A stretch of 64,000 nucleotides of DNA from an uncultured Gemmatimonadaceae bacterium (GCA_963716745.1 OY970320.1:896001-960000), one strand, 5' to 3'. Shown: positions 1 through 10,098, numbered from the stretch's first letter. Notes: generated by a model not told the origin, from the letters alone. Numbers and translations: made by a program.

Positions 1-2454
1 GCGAGCAATAAGCAGAATGCCGACGGGCTGCTCAGCGTGCGGCGCAGATTGTCCAGCATCTTCCAGCGGTGGATGAGCGGGAAGCGCTCTCCCAGGATCC
101 ATGGCAGCAGTTGCCAATCGCCGCGTGCCCAGCGGTACTGCCGCCCGGCGGCCGACAGATAGTTCGCCGGCGCGCTCTCGAACAACTCCACATCGGTCAC
201 GAGCCCGGAGCGCGCGAAGAGTCCCTCGAACAGATCGTGGCTGAGCAGCGTGTTCTCGGGCACGCGCCCTTCGAGTGCCGCCTCGAACGCGTCCACGTCG
301 TAGATGCCCTTGCCCGTGTACGATCCCTCGGCGAACAGATCCTGGTACACATCGCTCACCGCGCCGGCGTACGGGTCCACACCGGTGGGTCCCGAGATCA
401 TGCGCTGGAAGTGCGATCCGCCGCGCCCGGGCAGCGGCGCCGTCACGCGTGGCTGCAACACCGCATATCCCTCCACCACGCGGCGCGACGCCGGATCGAT
501 GCGCGGGCGGTTGAGCGGATGCATGATCGTGCCTACGAGACGCCCCACCGCGCCGATGGGAATGCGCGTGTCGGCATCGAGCGTGACGACGCATCGTACG
601 CCCTGCGGCGCGCCGCCCTCTATGGGCAGGAAGGTCGTGTCGGTGGCGCCGCGCAGTAGACGGTTCAGCTCGTGCAGCTTGCCGCGCTTCCGTTCCCAGC
701 CGATCCACGCGCCTTCGCTCTCGTTCTTCATGCGGCGGCGGTGCGCGAGCAAGAAACGCGCACCGCCGCCGGGCGCGGGGCCGTGCCGCGCATTGAGCCG
801 CGCAATGCCCTCGCGAGCCGCCGCGAGAATGGCGGCGTCCCCGGGCATCTGCTCGCTCGGCGCATCGTGGAAGTCGGAGACGAGCGCGTAGTACACATCG
901 CCTTCGGCGTTGGCGATGAAGTGCACTTCGAGCCGCTCGATCTGTTGCCGCGCGTCCTCCGGGGACGCCAGAAGCGTCGGCACGGCCACAAGCGTGCGGG
1001 CGTTCTCCGGGATCCCGGTTTTCCATTGGAGGCGCGGCAGCAGGCCCGGCATGACGATGGTCGTGATCAGCCGGTTGAGCACGGCGACCGCGAGATCCGA
1101 TGCGGGCACGAGCGCCAGCGCGCCCAGCAGGATGAGGCCGCCAAGTGACACGCCCGCCTGCGCCGAGAGCAGGAGCGGCGCGGCGATGATGGCTGCGGTC
1201 GCCAGGAAGAGCGACCCGAGGTACACGGGCGCCGCGCCATCCAGCAGCATGCGTCGCGCGCGCACGCCGAGCGCGGGACGATGTCCGATGAGCCGCTCGA
1301 ACGCGCGGCGGCCGTTGCCGAGCAGGTAGTAGCCGGGGTCGGCACGCCGCGCGTCGGCATCGGGCGACGGAGTCGCGGTGCGCGACGCCTTCGCCTGCTC
1401 GAGCGCCTGCTGCGCGACGCCGAGCTCCGTGAGCGGACAGCGGCGTGCGAGCGCCTCGATGGCATGGCGGTACCGGTCGCGGCTCACGAAGTCCATCGCG
1501 CCGAAGTCGCTGCCTTCGCGCAGCGCATCGTCCACGAGGCTTACGCTCTCGAAGAACGATGTCCAGTCGATGGCCGACATCAGCCGCATGCTCACGATGA
1601 TATTCCGCACCGTGACCGTCATCGCGGCCTGGCGGCGGTGGTCGAGCTGCGCGATCTCCTCGGCCGTGGTGCCCTGCGCCGCGAGCCGCTCGCGCAGCCA
1701 GACGAGCGCCGGCGTGACGGCCGGATCGCGGTCGCGCAGGCGCTGCACGAGCTCTACGGCGAACGCCGTAACGAGCCGCGGGCTGTCGTCGCGCGACATG
1801 AGATCGGCGAGCGACACAGCGCCGCGCGCGCTCAGCCCCAGCAATTCATCGGCGAGCGCGTCGGCCTGGAGCCGCGCCTCGCGGCTGCGCGCGATCGCGT
1901 CGGCCACGCGCCGCAGATTCTCCACGAGCACCACGCGCAGCGAGATCGCCACGGCCCAGAGTTCGCCGATCGTGAGCGGCTGCACGCGCTGGTATGCGCG
2001 GATGAAACGGCGCAGCGCCTCGGGATCGAACCGGCTGTCGGTGTGCGCCACGAACGCCCACGCGATGCCGAACACGCGCGGGAAGCCTTCGAGATGGCCC
2101 TCCGCGAGCGTGGGCAGTTCGCGGTAGTAGCCCGGGCGGCAGATCCGCGCGGATCTCGCGCAGCTGCTCGTCCACGACGAAGAAATTATCGAGGAGCCAC
2201 TCGGCGGCGGGGGTGATCCACCGCTCTTCCTTCACCGCGTCGGCGATCGCGCGATTCACCCCGCGAAGCACTCTCCCATTCTCCTCGACGCGCGGCAATA
2301 GCGGCTGCCGCGGCGAGTCGCCCTTGTGCACGAGCTGCGCCGCCGCGAGCGACTCGGCGTGCTGCTCGAGTCGCTCTATGCCGAACAGCTCCGCGCGGAT
2401 CGGTTCGTCGAGCGGCGGGAGCGAAGGAAAGAAGATCGGGATCGGGAGACGCAC
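1..2454 (-). CDS. Cyclic beta-1,2-glucan synthase / GH94-type glucosyltransferase (NdvB/ChvB-like), N-terminal part; runs off the window; frameshift near 2130
   Basis: N-terminus PIRAELFGIERLEQHAESLA...TPAAEWLLDNF continues in another frame as YYRELPTLAEGHLEGFPRV...HTDSRFD; typical NdvB-family sequence. Confidence 0.85.
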
Positions 2455-2538
2455 GATTCCTTTCTTAATGCGGGTGAGACATGGATATCCTTTTCCTCTC
2501 GAACTCTAGTCGGCTGACGGGCCACGCGGGAGGTACGG

Positions 2539-2650
2539 CGCGGGAAGCGGGAAGCGGGAAGCGGGAAGCGCCGCGGGATGCGAGAAAGGCGCGCGGAGAC
2601 TACGCGCCCTTCTCCGATCCCGCGGCGCTTCCCGCTTCCCGCTTCCCGCG
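2539..2650. repeat. Heptamer-tandem palindrome (family F): (CGGGAAG)n-CGCCGCGGGA ... TCCCGCGGCG-(CTTCCCG)n
   Basis: Four CGGGAAG units on the left arm and three inverted units on the right arm, read directly. Confidence 0.9.
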
Positions 2651-2696
2651 TCCGACAGTCTCTTGCGCCCGCCGGCCTCTCGGAACACAATGCCTC

Positions 2697-3347
2697 ATGG
2701 GAATCGCCCCGCCCCCGAAGGAGACTCCAGAGGTCATCGCCTACCAGCAGCTCCGGCTGGTGATCGGGATCCTCGGCCTCGCGCTGCCGATCGTCGTGCC
2801 CATTGGGGCCGCGATCGCGCATTTCCCGCTCCAGAGCTCGCTCAGCAGCTATTACTACACGAACATGGGCGACGTTTTCGTGGGGACGCTGTGCGCGATC
2901 GGCGTGTTCCTGTTCTCGTACAAGGGCTACAGCGACGATAAGGGCGCGCCGGGAAAATGGGCGTGTCTGTTCGCGATCGGCGTCGCGCTCTTCCCCACCG
3001 ATCCCGTGTGTCCCGCCGGTTGCGGCCCGCCGCACCAGTTCAGCGTGCACCTCTTCTTCGCGACCCTGCTCTTCCTCACGCTCACGTATTACTCCGGCGT
3101 GCTCTTCCGGAAGAGCGACCCCGCGGCCACGCCCACGCCACGAAAGATCCTGCGCAACAAGATCTATCTTGTGTGCGCGATCGCAATGGGGCTCAGCATC
3201 GCGCTCATCGCGCTCTGGATCTTCGTGCTCGAGGCGAAGCTGCCGCAGGTCGAGCCGGCACAGCCGGTGTTCTGGCTGGAGGCGATCGCGATCGTCGCCT
3301 TCGGATTCTCCTGGCTCACGAAGAGCGAAGTGATCCTGCCGGGCTAG
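2697..3347 (+). CDS. Multi-pass membrane protein (DUF998-like)
   Basis: LRLVIGILGLALP...SLSSYYYT..DVFVG..C.IGVFL.SYKGY motif and several hydrophobic helices; start placed at ATG 2697 after the repeat. Confidence 0.7.
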   Translation: MGIAPPPKETPEVIAYQQLRLVIGILGLALPIVVPIGAAIAHFPLQSSLSSYYYTNMGDVFVGTLCAIGVFLFSYKGYSDDKGAPGKWACLFAIGVALFPTDPVCPAGCGPPHQFSVHLFFATLLFLTLTYYSGVLFRKSDPAATPTPRKILRNKIYLVCAIAMGLSIALIALWIFVLEAKLPQVEPAQPVFWLEAIAIVAFGFSWLTKSEVILPG

Positions 3348-4615
3348 CGCGGCGCGCGCCCGCGCGCTTCATCGATTCGAAGGCCCCATCGTCCGCCCTC
3401 GCTACGAATGCGGAGGTTCCGGTACTTCACCAGGTACCGCACGCCCACGGCGGCCGCGGCGAAGCCCGACGCGGCGCCAACCGCCACTCCCCATCGCGGA
3501 CCGAACGTGTCCGCCACCCAGCCGACGATCGGCGCGCCGAGTGGCGTGCCGCCGAGCATTACGGCGAGCAGGATCGCGATCACGCGCCCGCGCATCGCCG
3601 GCTCGGTGGTGAGTTGCACGGTGCCATTCACCGTGGTCGTCACGGTCTGCGCCGACGCGCCGGCGAAGATCAGCGTGAGTCCGAACAGGTAATAGTCCGG
3701 CATCAGCGCGCCCACCGCGCAGCTCACACCGAACACCGCCGCTGCCATTGTGAGCACACCCGGACGCCGGCGCTCCCGCCCCGCGGCGAGCAGCGCGCCC
3801 AATACTGAACCGAACGCCATGGTGGATGTGAGCACGCCGTACTCACCGGCCCCCGCGTGGAACACGCTCACGCTCATCGTCGAGATGTAGATCGGGAAAT
3901 TGAGACCGAACGTGCCGACAATGAACACCATCGCGAACAGCGTCTTGAGGTCCGGACGGTTCCACACATAGCGGAATCCCTCGAGCAGACTGCCCGGCGT
4001 CCGCGGCGCACGCACGCTCAGGTGCAGTTCGTTCACGCGGATCGCCAGGAGCGAGATGATCACCGCGACGAAGCTCACCGCATTGATGATGAACACCCAA
4101 CCCGACCCCACCGCCGCGATGAGTACGCCGGCCACCGCCGGTCCGATCATGCGCGCGGCGTTGAACGACGTGGAGTTGAGCGCCACCGCGTTGGGCACGT
4201 ACTCCTCGATCACCAGTTCCGACACGAATGTTTGCCGAACCGGCGCGTCGAAGGCGCTCACGGTACCCAGCAGGAACGCGAACGCGTACACGTGCCACAG
4301 TTGGACGACGCCCGTGATCGTGAGCACGCCAAGCGCGAGTGCGAGGAGGCCCAGCGAAGATTGCGTCGCCAGCAGCAGCTTGCGACGGTCGAGATGGTCA
4401 GCTGCGTATCCGGTGATCGGCAGGAACAGCACCTGCGGCCCGAACTGCAGCGCCATCACGATGCCCACGGCCGTCGCGTTGTTGTGCGTGAGCTGCGTGA
4501 GCACCAGCCAGTCCTGCGCGATACGCTGCATCCATGTGCCGACGTTCGACACGATGCCGCCCGCCATCCACACGCGATAGTTGAATCCGCTCAGCGAGCG
4601 GAAGGTGCTCCGCAC
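3344..4615 (-). CDS. MFS transporter
   Basis: 423 aa, about 12 TM segments, SNVGTWMQRIAQDWLV and ADHLDRRKLL MFS signatures. Confidence 0.92.
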   Translation of the reverse strand: MRSTFRSLSGFNYRVWMAGGIVSNVGTWMQRIAQDWLVLTQLTHNNATAVGIVMALQFGPQVLFLPITGYAADHLDRRKLLLATQSSLGLLALALGVLTITGVVQLWHVYAFAFLLGTVSAFDAPVRQTFVSELVIEEYVPNAVALNSTSFNAARMIGPAVAGVLIAAVGSGWVFIINAVSFVAVIISLLAIRVNELHLSVRAPRTPGSLLEGFRYVWNRPDLKTLFAMVFIVGTFGLNFPIYISTMSVSVFHAGAGEYGVLTSTMAFGSVLGALLAAGRERRRPGVLTMAAAVFGVSCAVGALMPDYYLFGLTLIFAGASAQTVTTTVNGTVQLTTEPAMRGRVIAILLAVMLGGTPLGAPIVGWVADTFGPRWGVAVGAASGFAAAAVGVRYLVKYRNLRIRSEGGRWGLRIDEARGRAPR

Positions 4616-4623
4616 GTTGGGGC

Positions 4624-5178
4624 TCAGGCGCCGAGGAGGGCGATGATCTCCTGCGTCGTGCCGGTCTCGCCGAGCCGCGGGAAGATGCGCGTGAGGCTAT
4701 TCGTATGCGCGTCGAGATTGAGATCGGTCATGGCATCGGTGGCGAGCGTGACATTGAATCCGAACTCGAACGCCTGTCGCGCGGTGGATTCGACGCCGAT
4801 GCTCGTCGAGATGCCGCAGAGCACAATTTGCGTCACGCCGAGGCGCTGCAGCAGCGCGAGCAGTTCGGTATTCGTGAAGGCGCCCCACGTGCGTTTCGTG
4901 ATCGTGTGATCGCTCGACTGCTGATTCAACTCCGGCACGAGCTCCGACCAATCGGCGGGTCGGCCGGCGGTCGGGCGCGCTTGCTCCACCCGCCCCGGCG
5001 CGCCGCCGGTGACATTCACGAGGATCACCGGCTTCTTCGCCGCGCGAAAGGCCTCGGCCAGTATAGCGGAATACTTTACGATCGTGGCCGACGGGTGCGC
5101 GGTGTTCGCCGAGACAATGCCCTTTTGGAGGTCGATGACGACGAGGGCTGTCTTGGGATCGAGTTGGGTGATTGGCAT
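4624..5178 (-). CDS. Isochorismatase family cysteine hydrolase
   Basis: ALVVIDLQKG, KRTWGAF and GISTSIGVESTAR motifs; the ORF-track extension upstream lies in a repeat. Confidence 0.9.
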   Translation of the reverse strand: MPITQLDPKTALVVIDLQKGIVSANTAHPSATIVKYSAILAEAFRAAKKPVILVNVTGGAPGRVEQARPTAGRPADWSELVPELNQQSSDHTITKRTWGAFTNTELLALLQRLGVTQIVLCGISTSIGVESTARQAFEFGFNVTLATDAMTDLNLDAHTNSLTRIFPRLGETGTTQEIIALLGA

Positions 5179-5204
5179 ACAGAATTCTATACGAGGGAGA
5201 GCGA

Positions 5205-5300
5205 AAACAACTGCTTTGACAGGATTAACATGATTGACAGGATTGACCACGCCCGCGGTCAATCCTGTCAATCATGTTAATCCTGTCAAAGCAGTTGTTT
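5205..5300. repeat. Near-perfect 96 bp palindrome with 9-bp internal periodicity (family B, copy 1)
   Basis: AACTGCTTTGACAGGATTAACATGATTGACAGGATTGACC ... GGTCAATCCTGTCAATCATGTTAATCCTGTCAAAGCAGTT. Confidence 0.95.
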
Positions 5301-5331
5301 CCCGTAACCCCAATATTTCGTAAGATATCGA

Positions 5332-5766
5332 ATGCGAAAGCACGTCCTTCTCTACGGTATCCTCGGCGGCGCCGTTGTCGTGTTGCTCAAGTTGATCGAG
5401 TATCGCTGGCTCGTCGTGGAGTATTCGGTGGAGATCTACGGCGCGCTGGTGGCCGCGGTCTTCGCTTCGGTGGGTATTTGGTTGGGGCTGCGTCTGACCC
5501 GCCCTACCATAGTACTGCAGCAGGTGCCGGCGCCCGCGGAATTCGTGCGCGACGAGAAGCAGGTGGAGTCGCTGGGCCTCACGCCGCGCGAACTGGAGAT
5601 CCTCGAATTCATCGCGCAAGGGCTGAGCAATAAGGAGATCGCCGAGCGCGCCTTCGTGAGCGAGAATACCGTGAAGACCCATTCCAGCCGGGTATTCGAC
5701 AAATTAGGCGCGCAACGGCGTACGCAGGCCGTACAGCGGGGCAAGGAGTTGCGGCTGATCCCATAG
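5332..5766 (+). CDS. Membrane-anchored LuxR-family transcriptional regulator
   Basis: Two N-terminal TM helices plus LTPRELEILEFIAQGLSNKEIAERAFVSENTVKTH LuxR HTH. Confidence 0.9.
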   Translation: MRKHVLLYGILGGAVVVLLKLIEYRWLVVEYSVEIYGALVAAVFASVGIWLGLRLTRPTIVLQQVPAPAEFVRDEKQVESLGLTPRELEILEFIAQGLSNKEIAERAFVSENTVKTHSSRVFDKLGAQRRTQAVQRGKELRLIP

Positions 5767-5768
5767 GG

Positions 5769-5821
5769 TACGACTTTCGGATGATTTCGTGGCGGACCGT
5801 GAAAATCACCCATTCGGGTGA
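5769..5821. promoter_or_regulatory. Putative LuxR-type operator pair upstream of the DUF4199 gene
   Basis: Perfect palindrome TCACCC-ATTC-GGGTGA (5806-5821) and related box TACGAC-TTTC-GGATGA (5769-5784). Confidence 0.5.
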
Positions 5822-5878
5822 CGCGCGTTCGCCGCGCCCGTGGCAGGTTGCGCCGTCCCCAACCTGAGAGGAGTTCCA

Positions 5879-6415
5879 ATGCGTAAGATCATCCTGACCT
5901 TCGGCCTCATCGCGGGCGCCATCCTGGCCGTCATGTTCAGCATCTCGCTGGCATTGCACGACCGGATCGGGCTGGATGCAGGGATGTACATCGGCTACAC
6001 GTCGATGGTGCTGGCGTTCCTCATGGTGTTCTTCGGCGTGAGAGCGTACCGCGACAACGTGGCCGGCGGCAGCGTGAGGTTCGGCCGCGCGTTCCTGGTG
6101 GGGCTGGGCATCACCGCGGTCGCGACCGCGTGCTACGTGGCCACCTGGGAAGTGATCTACTACAAGTTCATGCCCGATTTCTACGACAAGTATGCCGCCG
6201 TCGTGATCGACCGCGCGAAGAAGAGTGGCGCGAGCGAGGCGGCGATCGCCGCGAAGGAGAAGGAGATGGCCGCGATGACGGAAGCCGTGAAGAATCCGCT
6301 GGTGGTCATCGCATACACGACGCTCGAGCCGCTGCCCGTGGGATTGCTGTTCACCCTCATCGCGGCGGGCGTACTGAGCCGCAAGAAGCGGATCAATGGG
6401 TTGGCGACGGCGTGA
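5879..6415 (+). CDS. DUF4199-family membrane protein
   Basis: MRKIILTFGLIAG...GYTSMVLAFLMVFFGVRAYRD..GG..FGRAF; GAGGAG RBS. Confidence 0.8.
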   Translation: MRKIILTFGLIAGAILAVMFSISLALHDRIGLDAGMYIGYTSMVLAFLMVFFGVRAYRDNVAGGSVRFGRAFLVGLGITAVATACYVATWEVIYYKFMPDFYDKYAAVVIDRAKKSGASEAAIAAKEKEMAAMTEAVKNPLVVIAYTTLEPLPVGLLFTLIAAGVLSRKKRINGLATA

Positions 6416-6419
6416 ACTC

Positions 6420-6516
6420 AACTGCTTTGACAGGATTAACATGATGGACATGATGAACAACTAACCGGCGGTTAGTTGTTCATCATGTCCATCATGTTAA
6501 TCCTGTCAAAGCAGTT
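6420..6516. repeat. Family B palindrome, copy 2
   Basis: Same AACTGCTTTGACAGGATTAACATGAT outer arms as 5205-5300 with a different self-complementary core. Confidence 0.95.
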
Positions 6517-6543
6517 TTTTCGAAACTATAGGAGGCAAGAACC

Positions 6544-6957
6544 ATGTCGGAAAACAAGACTAAAGCCACGAAGGCGAGCGTCGCGGGCTATCTCGCCGCG
6601 ATCAAGGATCCCGCGCGTCGCAAGGATTGTGAAGTACTCGCGAAACTCATGACCAAAGCCAGCAAGGAAAAACCGGCAATGTGGGGAACGAGCATCGTCG
6701 GATTCGGCAGCTATCACTACAAGTACGACAGCGGCCGCGAGGGCGATTCGTGCATCACGGGTTTCTCCTCGCGTGCGGGCGACATCACGATCTACATCAT
6801 GGCCGAGTTCCCGAAGCGCGAGGCGCTGCTCGGGAAACTCGGGAAGCACAAGACGAGCGGCGGGTGTCTGTACATCAAGTCGATGAGCGACGTCGATCCG
6901 AAAGTGCTGGAGCAAGTGATCGCCGGCGCCGCGGCGGAGCGGAGGGCGAAACATTGA
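6544..6957 (+). CDS. DUF1801 (YdhG-like) protein
   Basis: MWGTSIVGFGSYHYKYDSGREGD...LGKHKTSGGCLYIK; AGGAGG RBS. Confidence 0.88.
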   Translation: MSENKTKATKASVAGYLAAIKDPARRKDCEVLAKLMTKASKEKPAMWGTSIVGFGSYHYKYDSGREGDSCITGFSSRAGDITIYIMAEFPKREALLGKLGKHKTSGGCLYIKSMSDVDPKVLEQVIAGAAAERRAKH

Positions 6958-7379
6958 GCCGCGATCATCTGCGACTCATTTTCCACGCGGCGATCGTGCT
7001 GTTCGTGGGCCTCATGTGCGGATTGCCGACCGTCCTCGAAGAAGGGCCTGATGCCTCGCGCCATTGGCATACCGCGCATGAGGCCCTGATCATGATGGGC
7101 GTCTGGATGCTCGCGACCGCCGCCGTGATGCCTGCCCTCTCGCTCGAGCGCCGCGAGATGACCGCGTTGCGCTGGTCGATGCTGGGCGTCGGCTATGGCT
7201 TCATGCTGACGCTGCTCATCCAGGGCGTGACCGGCTTTCCGTCATTCGAACCCGGCGCGTCGCCCATCCGCATCGTGGAGTTTACGGCAAGCATTCTGGG
7301 AATACTCGGCGCGGTGATGACTTCGCTGATCACGCTCCGCGGCGCGAAGGCGGCGCTGGACGGCCGGCCTCGAGAATAA
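6954..7379 (+). CDS. Small membrane protein, styrene-oxide isomerase (StyC)-like
   Basis: Four TM helices; H..IVLFVGL..G and W..AH motifs; TTG start overlaps the previous stop. Confidence 0.5.
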   Translation: MSRDHLRLIFHAAIVLFVGLMCGLPTVLEEGPDASRHWHTAHEALIMMGVWMLATAAVMPALSLERREMTALRWSMLGVGYGFMLTLLIQGVTGFPSFEPGASPIRIVEFTASILGILGAVMTSLITLRGAKAALDGRPRE

Positions 7380-7384
7380 GAACG

Positions 7385-7484
7385 CGGGACTCGGGACTCG
7401 GGACTCGCCGCGGGATTCGAAACGGAAGATGAATCCCCGTCCCCTTCCCGCGTCCCGCGGCGAGTCCCGAATCCCGAATCCCGA
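7385..7484. repeat. Heptamer-tandem palindrome (family F): (CGGGACT)n ... (ATCCCGA)n
   Basis: Shares the inner CGCCGCGGGA/TCCCGCGGCG arms with 2539-2650; lies between convergent genes. Confidence 0.85.
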
Positions 7485-7542
7485 ACACTACCAAGCTTGT
7501 GCTCCCGATGGAGCGCGGAGCGTGACCGACCAGGAAGCGGAT

Positions 7543-8109
7543 TTATCTCTTGTAGACCGCCACCAGCTCCGCCTTCCCCAACATATTCCCATGCAGGTTA
7601 AAGCCCACATACGCCGCCGTCGCGCCGGCCGGAAGATCCAGATGCTCCACCTTCAGCGCGTACACCGTGATCTGATAGTGGTGGTCCTTGGATCCCGGCG
7701 GTGGGCACGGGCCGCCATACCCCGGCGTTCCGAAATCGGTGTTCCCCTGCGTCGCGCCGGTCGGCAACAGATTCTTGCTCGCGTCGCCCGCGCCCGCCGG
7801 CAGTGACGTGGTGCTCGCCGGAATGTTGTACACCACCCAATGCCACCACCCGCTGCCCGTGGGCGCGTCGGGATCGTACATGGTCACGGCGTAACTCTTC
7901 GTTCCCTCGGGCGCGCCCTTCCATGACAGCTCGGGCGACATGTTCTGCCCCATGCATCCCATTCCGCTGTAGACGTTCGCGGCCGGGATCATCTTCCCCT
8001 CGTGCACGTCAGTGCTGCTCAGCTCGAACTTGAACGCCGCGTGGTCGCCCGAGCTCAGCGCGGCCGTGAGCATCGCAATGATCGCGTAGCCAGAAAGTGC
8101 TTTGAGCAT
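7543..8109 (-). CDS. YbhB/YbcL (PEBP, Raf-kinase-inhibitor-like) secreted protein
   Basis: YDPDAPTGSGWWHWVVYNIP and GYGGPCPP motifs; signal peptide. Confidence 0.93.
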   Translation of the reverse strand: MLKALSGYAIIAMLTAALSSGDHAAFKFELSSTDVHEGKMIPAANVYSGMGCMGQNMSPELSWKGAPEGTKSYAVTMYDPDAPTGSGWWHWVVYNIPASTTSLPAGAGDASKNLLPTGATQGNTDFGTPGYGGPCPPPGSKDHHYQITVYALKVEHLDLPAGATAAYVGFNLHGNMLGKAELVAVYKR

Positions 8110-8190
8110 GACAATTCTCCTTTCGAGAGACTTTCACTGCTCCGGAAAACTGGAAGAACAACTCCGATTCCGAAAGGCCAGCTGCCCTCC

Positions 8191-8342
8191 GGCGCGTGTA
8201 GGCCTTAGTACCGCTGAAAGGGCGCGTCTAGCAACTGAGCGTATGGTACGGCTCTGCGGGAGTAGGCCCACTCGCGCCGAGCCGTACCATACGCTCAGTT
8301 GCCAAACGCGCTGTTTCAGCGGTACTAGAGCCTACACGCGCC
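8191..8342. repeat. 152 bp imperfect palindrome with GTAG...CTAC near its ends (REPIN-like, family E)
   Basis: GGCGCGTGTAGG...GCAACTGAGCGTATGGTACGGCTC / GAGCCGTACCATACGCTCAGTTGC...CCTACACGCGCC. Confidence 0.85.
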
Positions 8343-8350
8343 TGTAGCTT

Positions 8351-9967
8351 GTGGCGAGTGACCGGCAGCCGCATCTTCGCCAAGTGATCCATCGCAGCCC
8401 CTACCCCGACGTCGTGATCCCCGACGTCCCTTTCCATCAATTCGTGCTCGCGCGCGCGAAGGCACTCGGCGACAAGCCCGCGCTCATCGACGGACCAACC
8501 GGCCGCGTGCTGTCGTATGCCTCGCTCGCCGCCGGCGTCGAGCGCGTCGCCGCCGGACTCGCGGCGCGCGGATTCGCGAAAGGCGATGTATTTGCGATCT
8601 TCGCGCCGAATTGTCCCGACTTCGCGCTCGCCTACCTCGGCGCCGCCGCTGCGGGCGGTGTGATCACCACGATCAGCCCGCTCGCGCCACTCGATGATCT
8701 CGCCAAGCAGCTCGCGAATTCGCGCGCACGGTATCTCGTTACGATCCCGCAGTTCCTCGATCGCGCGGCCCCCGCAGCCGATCGCGCCGGCGTCGAGGAG
8801 ATCTTCGTCTTCGAGACCGCCGATAGTGCGACGCCATTCGCATCGCTCGCTGAATTCGACGGCCGCGCCCCCGCGATGATCTTCGATCCCGCCAACGACC
8901 TCGTCGCACTCCCCTACTCCAGCGGCACCACCGGCCTGTGCAAGGGCGTGATGCTCACGCACCGGAACCTGGTCGCGAACGTGCTGCAATCCGCCGCAAT
9001 GCTGCGGATCGGCGAACACGATCGCGCTATCGCGCTCATGCCCTTCTTTCATATCTACGGCATGGTCGTCGTGATGGGCCTCCATCTTTCACAGGGCGCG
9101 ACGCTGGTCACGATGCCGAAGTTCGAGATGGAGACGTTCCTCGCGCACCTGCAAACGCATCGCATCACACACGTGTGCGTCGCGCCGCCGGTGATCGTCG
9201 CGCTCGCCAAGCATCCCGCACTCGGCACGATTGACCTTTCGAATCTCAGGATCCTCTTCTCCGGCGCCGCGCCAATGGACGCCGAGCTGCAGCGCGCGTG
9301 CGCCGCGCGTCTCGGATGTGACGTGATGCAAGGGTACGGCATGACCGAGGCGAGCCCCGTCACGCACGCGACCAGCGCGCTCCCGGGTAAGAATCGTCCC
9401 GGCACCGTGGGCGAAGTCGCGCCGAACACGGAGTGCCGCATCATCGACGTCGCGACGGGCACAGACGCCGCGCCCGGCGCACCCGGCGAACTCTGGGTGC
9501 GCGGCCCTCAAGTCATGAAGGGATACCTCGGCGACGCCGCCGCCACCGCGTTAACGCTCGACGCCGACGGATGGCTGCACACGGGCGACATCGGCTGCGC
9601 CAATGCGGATGGGTATTTCACCATCGTCGACCGACTCAAGGAGTTGATCAAGTACAAAGGATACCAGGTGCCGCCCGCGGAACTCGAAGCGCTGCTGCTC
9701 ACGCATCCGTGCGTGGCGGACGCGGCGGTGATCGGTGTGCCGGATGCAGATGCCGGTGAATCGCCGAAGGCATTCGTAGTGCTCAAGGGCAACGTGAGCG
9801 CGGAGTCGCTCATGGAGTTCGTTGCCGAGCGCGTCGCGCCGTACAAGCGGATTCGGAGCGTTGAGTTCATCGACGCGATTCCCAAGTCGCCGTCGGGGAA
9901 GATACTGCGGCGCATACTGAAGGACCGAACGACTAACAGCCGGGAACCGATTACCGGGAACCGGTGA
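8351..9967 (+). CDS. 4-coumarate-CoA ligase-like AMP-dependent acyl-CoA synthetase
   Basis: YSSGTTGLCKG, QGYGMTE, GWLHTGD, DRLKELIKYKG and PKSPSGKILRR motifs; stop codon lies inside a family A repeat. Confidence 0.93.
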   Translation: MASDRQPHLRQVIHRSPYPDVVIPDVPFHQFVLARAKALGDKPALIDGPTGRVLSYASLAAGVERVAAGLAARGFAKGDVFAIFAPNCPDFALAYLGAAAAGGVITTISPLAPLDDLAKQLANSRARYLVTIPQFLDRAAPAADRAGVEEIFVFETADSATPFASLAEFDGRAPAMIFDPANDLVALPYSSGTTGLCKGVMLTHRNLVANVLQSAAMLRIGEHDRAIALMPFFHIYGMVVVMGLHLSQGATLVTMPKFEMETFLAHLQTHRITHVCVAPPVIVALAKHPALGTIDLSNLRILFSGAAPMDAELQRACAARLGCDVMQGYGMTEASPVTHATSALPGKNRPGTVGEVAPNTECRIIDVATGTDAAPGAPGELWVRGPQVMKGYLGDAAATALTLDADGWLHTGDIGCANADGYFTIVDRLKELIKYKGYQVPPAELEALLLTHPCVADAAVIGVPDADAGESPKAFVVLKGNVSAESLMEFVAERVAPYKRIRSVEFIDAIPKSPSGKILRRILKDRTTNSREPITGNR

Positions 9968-10062
9968 TGCATGACAACGCATGGTGTTACGGCAGTGCGC
10001 GACGTCGTAATACCATGTTTGGTCATGCCACACCGGTTCCCGGCAATCGGTTCCCGGCAGTT
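9935..10062. repeat. Family A hairpin element, copy 1
   Basis: CCGGGAACCGATTACCGGGAACCGGTGATGCATGAC...GTCATGCCACACCGGTTCCCGGCAATCGGTTCCCGG. Confidence 0.95.
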
Positions 10063-10098
10063 CGAACGAACCCACTCACTCGCGTGTATTGTTAGCAC

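Noticed and set aside
69..2216. Long plus-strand ORFs over the glucan synthase, and similar shadow ORFs elsewhere
   Set aside because: Antisense or off-frame ORFs expected at high GC; Arg/Ala-rich with no motifs
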